A DNA stretch of 32,000 nt. Source: an uncultured Clostridia bacterium. Its GTDB lineage: Bacteria; Bacillota; Clostridia; Oscillospirales; Ruminococcaceae. Position numbers and translations under genes: made by a program. The stretch lies in the NCBI GenBank assembly GCA_947627905.1, contig CANQXX010000008.1, forward strand, positions 10,818-42,817, written 5' to 3'. Positions 1 through 6,812 of this stretch are shown one piece after another; the stretch's first letter is position 1, and the number at the start of each line of letters is the position of its first letter. Below the pieces are notes generated by a model. The model was not told where the DNA came from and searched no databases. It worked only from the letters and a program-made list of their open reading frames with translations.

Positions 1-1
1 G

Positions 2-742
2 CCGTTCATGGCGGCAGCATATATAATTTTCAGCCTGATGATAATTTTCCTTAATATAACTAAGATCCCGGCAGCTCTGGCGGAAATTTTCCGCAGCGCA
101 TTCGGCTTTGACGCCATAGCAGGCGGCGCATTGGGTTCAATGATGATATCGCTGCAAAAAGGCGTTGCAAGAGGAATTTTTTCAAACGAAGCCGGACTTG
201 GTTCCGCACCTATAGCGGCAGCCGCTGCAAGGACGAAAGAGCCTGTCCGTCAGGGACTTGTCACAATGACCGGAACTTTTATAGATACAATAATCGTATG
301 CACCATGACCGGACTTGCAATAGTAATTTCCGGAGCATGGAGCGATCCTTCCCTTGAGGGCGTAGGAATAACAACGGCAGCATTCCAGAGCGGACTTCCC
401 TTTCCTCCCAAAGTTACCGCATTTATTCTTATGACGTGTCTTATTTTCTTTGCATTCACTACTATTCTCGGCTGGAGCTATTATTCGGAGCGGTGCCTTG
501 CATATCTTACAAATGCTAAGAAAAGCGTTACGGTGATCTTCCGCTGGATATACATAGGAGCGGTTTTTATAGGTCCATACATGACGGTTGAAGCGGTATG
601 GAACATTGCCGATATTTTCAACGGGCTTATGGCGCTTCCGAATATTATTGCGCTTGTACTGCTTTCGGGAGTAATGGCAAGGGAATCGAAGGAATATTTT
701 GACCGTGAAAAACATCTTAAAAAAGTTATAAATAAACAGTAA
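2..742 (+). CDS. Sodium:alanine (amino acid) symporter, AGCS family, C-terminal portion; the 5' end lies outside the window
   Basis: The frame is open from the window edge. The translation contains the AGCS signature region NEAGLGSAPIAAAAARTKEPVRQGLVTMTGTFIDT and several hydrophobic helices. It is followed by a rho-independent terminator. Confidence 0.85.
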   Translation, partial: PFMAAAYIIFSLMIIFLNITKIPAALAEIFRSAFGFDAIAGGALGSMMISLQKGVARGIFSNEAGLGSAPIAAAAARTKEPVRQGLVTMTGTFIDTIIVCTMTGLAIVISGAWSDPSLEGVGITTAAFQSGLPFPPKVTAFILMTCLIFFAFTTILGWSYYSERCLAYLTNAKKSVTVIFRWIYIGAVFIGPYMTVEAVWNIADIFNGLMALPNIIALVLLSGVMARESKEYFDREKHLKKVINKQ

Positions 743-778
743 TTGAGTAATTAATTATCGGATATTTTATAATGAGCA

Positions 779-818
779 GCGTCTTTCGTAATTTATTGAA
801 CGAAAGGCGTTATTTTTT
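779..818 (+). terminator. Intrinsic terminator downstream of the symporter gene
   Basis: Stem gcgtctttcg / cgaaaggcgt (one G-T wobble), 12-nt loop, then tTATTTTTT. Confidence 0.7.
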
Positions 819-964
819 GTATTATTATAATAAAAAGTTTTTACCCAAAATAAAAAAATTCGTCCGAACATTTTTTTACATATCACATAAAATAAAAATG
901 GGGAAATTCTGTACTGCATAATAACTCCGATCATCTGAACTGACACATATCAAATACAGCTTAA

Positions 965-1567
965 CTTCCCCTATTTATCATTATTCAGCGCAAAAAGAAT
1001 TTCCCTTTTAAAACGAAGGGAAGCGAGTACACGAAACAAAAAAATAAAAATAATATTTCCGGTCTGCTTATAATTCTGATAATTTTTATAATATTATTCC
1101 TTATCATATCTATAATAATTTTTTGCAGAACAATATCCGTTTATAAATATGAAAAAAATTTTCAGAATGGCGTAAATATAACGATCGACCCTTATGCGGA
1201 ATATGAACATACTCCCGTAAAAGGCATTGTTGAAGAACAAGGCGTTGCTATATGGGGAAAAGCAGTCATAAAAATATCCGCAGGCGTCAAAGAAGCAGCC
1301 GTTGATTTTTACAACCCACAGGAAAATGCCGGAGCATACTGCATGACCTTTGAACTTAAAATATGCAGCGGCAGCGAAACAGATTACGAAACTATTTATA
1401 CCTCCGGATTGGTAGAACCGGGAAAGCATATTTATAATATAACTCTTTCCCGTGCGCTTGAAAAAGGCACTTATCAAGCCATAATACACGTTCAGCCTTA
1501 TCGTATCGGCGGAAATCACAGTCCTACCAACAACGCAGATATAAGAACAGAACTTATTGTTGAATAG
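965..1567 (+). CDS. Membrane-anchored hypothetical protein. Coordinates are the stop-to-stop open frame; the start codon is unresolved.
   Basis: The frame translates as a Lys-rich N-terminus (KTKGSEYTKQKNKNN), one strong TM helix (ISGLLIILIIFIILFLIISIIIFC) and a beta-rich ectodomain ending ...TELIVE. By my codon-by-codon reading there is no in-frame ATG, GTG or TTG before the ATG at 1343, which lies well after the TM helix. The antisense ORF 1094-1519 looks non-coding. Confidence 0.45.
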   Translation, partial: LPLFIIIQRKKNFPFKTKGSEYTKQKNKNNISGLLIILIIFIILFLIISIIIFCRTISVYKYEKNFQNGVNITIDPYAEYEHTPVKGIVEEQGVAIWGKAVIKISAGVKEAAVDFYNPQENAGAYCMTFELKICSGSETDYETIYTSGLVEPGKHIYNITLSRALEKGTYQAIIHVQPYRIGGNHSPTNNADIRTELIVE

Positions 1568-1612
1568 GATAATGTTCTCGGCAAAAATAATTTTTTATTT
1601 GGAGGAATAAAA

Positions 1613-2110
1613 GTGAAAAAAATTCTTTTGAATATAGCAGCTGCTTTGCTGATATTTACAACAGCTTCTTTTACAAGCTCAGCCGAAGAAGCAATAGATC
1701 AGGATTCCTTGAACAAAAGCGGAAGCATGAATATTTCCTATGACGAGGAAATATCATATATGGTAACGATCCCTGCCGGAGTAACATTTGTTAATGACGG
1801 AGATAAAGAACCGATCGAAAGAGGCGTTCAGGCAAGCAATGTAAGGATAAAAGAAGGTACTTCACTGGTAGTAAATGTTGCAAGCCTAAACGATTTCAAG
1901 ATGAAAAATAACGACGGATATATAGATTATTCCCTGAACGCAAACGGCAAGACCCTTGAGGCAGGAAGTTCATATGATATCCTTGTAGTTAATGCCGGCG
2001 AAAATTCAGGCTGGGTAATACTGAGATTTATAAGCGATCTGGACAAAACAAATGCACTGTATGCAGGAACATACAGTGACACTCTTACGTTTACGGTATA
2101 TATATCGTAA
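1613..2110 (+). CDS. Secreted hypothetical protein, 165 aa, beta-rich, with a fimbrial-subunit-like C-terminal strand
   Basis: GTG start 7 nt after GGAGG (1601-1605). Sec signal peptide MKKILLNIAAALLIFTTASFTSSAEE. The C-terminus YAGTYSDTLTFTVYIS has an alternating aromatic/Thr pattern. A terminator follows. Confidence 0.75.
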   Translation: MKKILLNIAAALLIFTTASFTSSAEEAIDQDSLNKSGSMNISYDEEISYMVTIPAGVTFVNDGDKEPIERGVQASNVRIKEGTSLVVNVASLNDFKMKNNDGYIDYSLNANGKTLEAGSSYDILVVNAGENSGWVILRFISDLDKTNALYAGTYSDTLTFTVYIS

Positions 2111-2115
2111 ATTTA

Positions 2116-2149
2116 CCGCTCCCGCAAAAAACGGGAGCGGTCTTATTTT
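2116..2149. terminator. Intrinsic terminator between convergent genes, likely bidirectional
   Basis: Perfect 9-bp stem ccgctcccg / cgggagcgg with loop caaaaaa, followed by tcttatttt. An A-run within the loop and upstream flank could serve the opposite strand. Confidence 0.8.
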
Positions 2150-2170
2150 CAGCAAATAATGTAAAACTTT

Positions 2171-3460
2171 TTATAAAATATAACAAATATTTATCTGCGG
2201 AGCATTTTCTTCAATATCATTTATCTGCTCCTCGGAAATTATCGGTTCTTCATATCCGACGCATATATACCGCAAGTTTTCAAGTTCATATAACGGTCTG
2301 AAATGATCCGCCGACATATCTTCTTCCCTCATATAATGCGGAATAAACGCCGTAAGGCTGTCTGCATTTTCAAGTAAAGCAATATCATCGCCAATATAAT
2401 AATCGGCTGAAAATACCGTCAGGTTTTTCAGTCCGGATATTTTTGAAAGGTTTTCTGCCTTGTCAGGCGTGGATATTTCAAGCGAACGCAGTCCTGTAAG
2501 TTTTTCAATGCCGCTTATATCAATGACATCATCAGAAACTATCATAAGTTCCGCAAGATCGGAAAGTTCCGAAAGTTTTTCAAAGGTTTCTTCCGTTATA
2601 GATCCGGCATCGTAATTATTTATGCAAACGGACGCCGCGTCAATGGGAATTTCCAATTCCCCGATCGTAATAAATTCTTTTTCATTTTTTGTTGGAGAAT
2701 TTGCATATTCCGAACTTGTTGGCTGATCGGCAAATTCGTCTATAAAAATATCTCCGCCGCCGTTTTCGGAAATTATTTTATCGCAGTCAATAGTTTTTAT
2801 GATTTCGTATTCCGACAATGCTTTATCAAGAATGTTTTCATATCCGTTTTCGGAATTTTCCGTATAGAATTTACCGTCCACTATGCCATAATAAAAGAAA
2901 GTATCAAAATTAAAAACGCCGCTTTCAGGGAGAGTTTCTCCGCTTGCAATACACTTGACATTACCGAAATTATCCGTCTGTTCAAAGCCGTATTCGGTAA
3001 AATTATATTTGTAATACGAGGTATTCCCGATATCTTTCCAATGCGCAGCAAAGAAATATTCGTTATTTTCTTTGTCATAGCAAATTTTCAGAACGGAATA
3101 AATATAACAGTCATTTAACGGCGTCCATGTTTCATTATCGGGATCAAAATAATATAAAATAATATTTCTGCCGTATGACGCGTTCCGGACATCTATCCTT
3201 TCGGGGAAATCATCACCGTTTATATCAATAAAAATACGCCCATCAAGTTCATCATAAATTTCTCCTGCCGTTTCAATTGCCGTTTCAAGAACGGTTTTAT
3301 TTTCCGAAAGGCTGTCAATTATTTCGGGAGAAACTTCGGGGTCAATTGTCTGTTCCTTATTAATTTTTTCCGGAAAAAGACCGTCATAATTATTTTTCTG
3401 ACAAGCCGAAAAAATAATTGCCGCAAATAAAACAGCAAAAATTATTTTTATTGCTTTCAT
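2171..3460 (-). CDS. Lipoprotein with a C-terminal leucine-rich-repeat domain
   Basis: I take the internal ATG at 3460 (MKAIKIIFAVLFAAIIFSAC) as the start. It is preceded by GGAGGG, and it gives a lipobox (FSAC). The C-terminal third carries LRR-like repeats (LSDLAELMIVSD.., LTGLRSLEIS.., ISGLKNLTVFS..). Confidence 0.8.
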   Translation of the reverse strand: MKAIKIIFAVLFAAIIFSACQKNNYDGLFPEKINKEQTIDPEVSPEIIDSLSENKTVLETAIETAGEIYDELDGRIFIDINGDDFPERIDVRNASYGRNIILYYFDPDNETWTPLNDCYIYSVLKICYDKENNEYFFAAHWKDIGNTSYYKYNFTEYGFEQTDNFGNVKCIASGETLPESGVFNFDTFFYYGIVDGKFYTENSENGYENILDKALSEYEIIKTIDCDKIISENGGGDIFIDEFADQPTSSEYANSPTKNEKEFITIGELEIPIDAASVCINNYDAGSITEETFEKLSELSDLAELMIVSDDVIDISGIEKLTGLRSLEISTPDKAENLSKISGLKNLTVFSADYYIGDDIALLENADSLTAFIPHYMREEDMSADHFRPLYELENLRYICVGYEEPIISEEQINDIEENAPQINICYIL

Positions 3461-3497
3461 TAATATCCCTCCGAATAAAAAAATTCCCTTTAATAAA

Positions 3498-3526
3498 ATA
3501 ATAACATACCCCGGGAATATTTTCAA
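3498..3526 (-). promoter_or_regulatory. Sigma-A-type promoter for the LRR lipoprotein gene
   Basis: Minus strand reads TTGAAA (3526-3521), a 17-nt spacer, then TATTAT (3503-3498), with TG one nt upstream of the -10 (extended -10). Confidence 0.5.
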
Positions 3527-3552
3527 TTACAAATTGGTTACAAATAATTACA
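3526..3552 (-). promoter_or_regulatory. Three phased TGTAAY direct repeats abutting the -35; WalR/OmpR-family-like response-regulator site
   Basis: Minus strand reads TGTAAT-tatt-TGTAAC-caatt-TGTAAT. The last repeat overlaps the -35 TTGAAA. The second and third repeats match TGTWAH-N5-TGTWAH exactly. A fourth TGTAAA copy lies about 40 bp further away (plus-strand TTACAAA at 3588-3594). Confidence 0.35.
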
Positions 3553-3671
3553 AAGCAGTAACAATTACTTTCAATTTATACAATAATTTACAAATATTTA
3601 ACCAATTTTATTCAGCATAAATGTATAATATAATTATGGGAATTTTTTAATAATGTATGGGAGGAATGTTT

Positions 3672-4688
3672 ATGAAAGCTCTTATCATCGGCGGAACAGG
3701 AACTATCAGCACAGCGGTAGTCCACAGGCTCATTGAAAAGAACTGGGAAGTTTACGTCCTTAACCGCGGAAGCAGGAATAATTCGCTTCCCGATAAGGTA
3801 CATACCGTAATTGCCGATATCAATGATGAAAAAGCCGTTTCCGAAAAACTAAACGGCATGAGATTCGATACCGTCTGCGAATTTATCGGATTTGTTCCCG
3901 AGCAGATACAGCGTGATATCCGTCTTTTTGAGGGAATTACCGATCAGTACATTTTCATAAGCTCGGCTTCCGCTTACCATAAGCCCTCACGAAGCTATAT
4001 CATAAACGAGGGCACGGCTATGGCAAATCCTTACTGGGAATACTCCCGCAACAAGATAGCCTGTGAAGAGATTCTTATGAAAAAATACCGTGAAAGCGGT
4101 TTCCCCGTTACTATAGTACGTCCAAGCCATACATACGACGAAAGAAGCGTTCCCCTCGGAGTTCACGGAAAGAACGGCTCATGGCAGGTAATTGAAAGGA
4201 TCAGAAATGAAAAGCCTGTAATTATACAAGGCGACGGAACTTCCCTGTGGACGCTTACGTTCAATACGGATTTTGCGGTAGGCTTCGCGGGACTTATGGG
4301 CAACCCTCACGCTATCGGCGAAGCGTTCCAGATAACGAGCGACGAAACTCTTACATGGAACCAGATATATGAAACTATCGCACAAGCTCTCGGCGTTAAA
4401 CTTCACCCGTATCATGTTTCTTCCGATTTTCTTCACAGCGTCGGTCCGGACTACGATTATGATGGCAGTCTTACCGGTGATAAATCCGTTTCGGTAGTTT
4501 TCGACAACAGCAAATTAAAACGCATAGTGCCTGAATTTTGTCCGAAGATAAGTTTTTCCGAGGGCGTAAGAATTTCGCTTGAATATGTTCTTTCACACCC
4601 GGAATGTCAGGTAAAGGATCCGGAATTTGACACATGGTGCGACAAAGTAATAAATTCCCTTGAAGAAGCAAAAAAGAAATTTATCTGA
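3672..4688 (+). CDS. NAD-dependent epimerase/dehydratase family protein (extended SDR)
   Basis: ATG at 3672 follows GGGAGG. N-terminal Rossmann motif IIGGTGTIS and catalytic YxxxK (YSRNK). Length 338 aa. Confidence 0.85.
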   Translation: MKALIIGGTGTISTAVVHRLIEKNWEVYVLNRGSRNNSLPDKVHTVIADINDEKAVSEKLNGMRFDTVCEFIGFVPEQIQRDIRLFEGITDQYIFISSASAYHKPSRSYIINEGTAMANPYWEYSRNKIACEEILMKKYRESGFPVTIVRPSHTYDERSVPLGVHGKNGSWQVIERIRNEKPVIIQGDGTSLWTLTFNTDFAVGFAGLMGNPHAIGEAFQITSDETLTWNQIYETIAQALGVKLHPYHVSSDFLHSVGPDYDYDGSLTGDKSVSVVFDNSKLKRIVPEFCPKISFSEGVRISLEYVLSHPECQVKDPEFDTWCDKVINSLEEAKKKFI

Positions 4689-4838
4689 ATACATATCATA
4701 TTTTTGATCCGTATTGAGAATAATTATCAAAAGAGTTACAGTGATTTCAGTCCATAATTTGACCCGGCAGGAGCAAGCGGAGAATATTCTGTCCGGATCA
4801 TACCATATTTAAATTTTTATTATGAAAGGAACGTGCAT

Positions 4839-6212
4839 ATGGAAAAGAATATACCCTATAAGACCTATCTCAGTGAAAACGAGATACCGACAAAATGGTA
4901 CAACCTGAGGGCTGATATGAAAAACAAGCCCGCTCCCCTGCTCAACCCCGGTACTTTACAGCCGATGACCGCCGAGGAGCTTTCCGGCGTTTTCTGCACC
5001 GAGCTTGTAAAACAGGAGCTGGACAATGACACAAAGTATTTTGATATCCCGGAAGAGATCCAGAACTTCTATAAAATGTACCGTCCTTCTCCGCTTGTAA
5101 GGGCATACTGCCTTGAAAAGGCTCTTGACACACCTGCTCACATATATTACAAATTTGAGGGCAACAATACTTCCGGAAGCCACAAGCTGAACAGCGCGAT
5201 CGCTCAGGCTTATTATGCCAAAAAGCAGGGGCTCAAAGGCGTTACTACAGAAACAGGCGCAGGTCAGTGGGGTACTGCCCTTTCAATGGCTTGTTCTTAT
5301 TTCGGACTTGACTGCAAGGTTTATATGGTAAAGGTATCCTATGAGCAGAAGCCCTTCCGCCGTGAAGTTATGCGCACCTATGGCGCTTCAGTAACACCGT
5401 CTCCCTCGGATACTACAAATGTAGGAAGAAAGATACTTGCCGAACACCCGGGAACTACCGGAAGCCTCGGCTGCGCTATATCGGAAGCCGTTGAAGCGGC
5501 TACTTCCACGGAAGGCTACCGTTATGTACTTGGTTCGGTGCTTAATCAGGTAGTTCTTCATCAGTCCATAATCGGTCTGGAATCAAAGATCGCATTTGAT
5601 AAGATAGGCGTAAAGCCGGACGTTATAATCGGCTGCGCAGGCGGCGGCTCAAATCTTGGCGGACTTATCGCGCCGTTCATGGGTGAAAAGCTCCGCGGAG
5701 AAGCAGATTACCGCATAGTTGCAGTTGAACCTGCTTCCTGCCCCAGCTTCACAAGAGGAAAATTTGCATACGATTTCTGCGATACCGGAATGGTTTGTCC
5801 TCTGGCAAAAATGTATACTCTCGGAAGCGGGTTCATTCCCTCTCCGAACCACGCAGGCGGTCTCCGCTATCACGGCATGAGCGCTATACTTTCTCAGCTT
5901 TATGATGACAAGCTCATGGAAGCGGTATCCGTTGAACAGACTGCTGTATTCGACGCTGCAACGCAGTTTGCAAGAGTTGAAGGTATTCTTCCTGCTCCGG
6001 AAAGCAGCCATGCTATCCGCGTTGCTATCGACGAGGCAATGAAGTGCAAAGAAACAGGAGAAGCAAAGAACATCTTCTTCGGTCTTACAGGCACTGGTTA
6101 CTTCGATATGGTAGCATACCAGAAGTACAACGACGGCGAAATGACCGACTATATCCCCACCGACGACGATCTTGCCGTTGGTTTTGCAGGACTTCCGAAA
6201 GTAGATCTCTGA
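4839..6212 (+). CDS. TrpB-like PLP-dependent enzyme, TrpB2 type (tryptophan synthase beta chain 2)
   Basis: About 457 aa, with the long TrpB2-type N-terminus (MEKNIPYKTYLSENEIPTKWYNLRADM), the PLP-lysine region GNNTSGSHKLNSAIAQAYYAK, and GCAGGGSNLGG. There is no trpA or other trp gene in the window. Confidence 0.85.
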   Translation: MEKNIPYKTYLSENEIPTKWYNLRADMKNKPAPLLNPGTLQPMTAEELSGVFCTELVKQELDNDTKYFDIPEEIQNFYKMYRPSPLVRAYCLEKALDTPAHIYYKFEGNNTSGSHKLNSAIAQAYYAKKQGLKGVTTETGAGQWGTALSMACSYFGLDCKVYMVKVSYEQKPFRREVMRTYGASVTPSPSDTTNVGRKILAEHPGTTGSLGCAISEAVEAATSTEGYRYVLGSVLNQVVLHQSIIGLESKIAFDKIGVKPDVIIGCAGGGSNLGGLIAPFMGEKLRGEADYRIVAVEPASCPSFTRGKFAYDFCDTGMVCPLAKMYTLGSGFIPSPNHAGGLRYHGMSAILSQLYDDKLMEAVSVEQTAVFDAATQFARVEGILPAPESSHAIRVAIDEAMKCKETGEAKNIFFGLTGTGYFDMVAYQKYNDGEMTDYIPTDDDLAVGFAGLPKVDL

Positions 6213-6220
6213 TAAAACAG

Positions 6221-6261
6221 CTCCCTCTTTTACATTATGATAAAAGAGGGAGTTTTCTCTT
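6221..6261 (+). terminator. Intrinsic terminator after trpB2
   Basis: Stem ctccctctttta / taaaagagggag with an 8-nt loop, followed by ttttctctt. Confidence 0.75.
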
Positions 6262-6288
6262 GACAAAATTGTCGGATTATAATATAAT
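6260..6288 (+). promoter_or_regulatory. Consensus sigma-A promoter for the YegP-family gene
   Basis: TTGACA (6260-6265), exactly 17 nt, TATAAT (6283-6288). Confidence 0.65.
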
Positions 6289-6321
6289 TAATAAAAATAA
6301 TTCCATAAGGAGGAATAAAAA

Positions 6322-6681
6322 ATGGGCAAATTTGTTATCAAGGAAACAGCTACAGGCGTTAAATTCGACCTGAAAGCAAACAACGGTGAAGTTATCGCTA
6401 CAAGCGAGGTCTACAAGTCTCTTGACGCCTGCAAAAACGGCATTGAAAGCGTCCGCAAATGCTGCGAAGGCGATATCGAGGATCAGACGGTCGAAGGTTA
6501 CGAAACCCTCAAGCACCCGAAATTTGAAGTTTACACCGATAAGGGCGGCGAATACAGATTCCGCCTTAAAGCACGCAACGGTGAGATCATTGCCACAAGC
6601 GAAGGATACAAGCAGAAAGCCAGCTGCCTCAACGGCATTGAAAGCGTAAAGAAAAACGCTCCTGACGCAGCAGTTGAATAA
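6322..6681 (+). CDS. YegP family protein (DUF1508/UPF0339), tandem-domain form
   Basis: Two internal repeats of the DUF1508 pattern: FDLKANNGEVIATSEVYKSLDACKNGIESVRK and FRLKARNGEIIATSEGYKQKASCLNGIESVKK. AGGAGG lies upstream. Confidence 0.9.
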   Translation: MGKFVIKETATGVKFDLKANNGEVIATSEVYKSLDACKNGIESVRKCCEGDIEDQTVEGYETLKHPKFEVYTDKGGEYRFRLKARNGEIIATSEGYKQKASCLNGIESVKKNAPDAAVE

Positions 6682-6697
6682 GCAAATAATAATACTT

Positions 6698-6730
6698 AAA
6701 GCCGCAGTTATTTTTCTGCGGCTTTTTATT
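6698..6730 (+). terminator. Intrinsic terminator after the YegP-family gene
   Basis: Stem gccgcag / ctgcggc with loop ttattttt, followed by TTTTT. Confidence 0.8.
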
Positions 6731-6752
6731 TATGTCAGAACGCATTTTCAGA

Positions 6753-6781
6753 TTGACAAACTTTACATTTTTATGTATAAT
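6753..6781 (+). promoter_or_regulatory. Consensus sigma-A promoter for the 1081-aa membrane protein gene
   Basis: TTGACA (6753-6758), 17 nt, TATAAT (6776-6781). Confidence 0.65.
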
Positions 6782-6812
6782 TAAATAAATTATATTAAAA
6801 AGGAATGATAGT

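Noticed and set aside
182-715. 177-aa and 69-aa minus-strand ORFs inside the symporter gene
   Set aside because: They are antisense to a strongly recognisable AGCS transporter frame. The translations are Cys/Arg/Lys-rich with no protein-like pattern or RBS.
1094-1519. 141-aa minus-strand ORF
   Set aside because: It is antisense to the TM-plus-ectodomain frame, which looks far more protein-like. Its translation is Phe/Tyr/Ile-rich noise typical of an AT-rich antisense frame, and it has no SD.
4689-4838. Possible T-box or Trp attenuator upstream of trpB2
   Set aside because: It is too short for a T-box. It has no specifier/T-box sequence, no GAG/UAG TRAP repeats and no Trp-rich leader peptide. 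Only one imperfect hairpin without an adjacent U-tract is present.
6386-6649. 87-aa alternate-frame ORF within the YegP-family gene
   Set aside because: The annotated frame shows the duplicated DUF1508 motif. The alternate frame is Ala/Ser/Lys/Arg low-complexity sequence.
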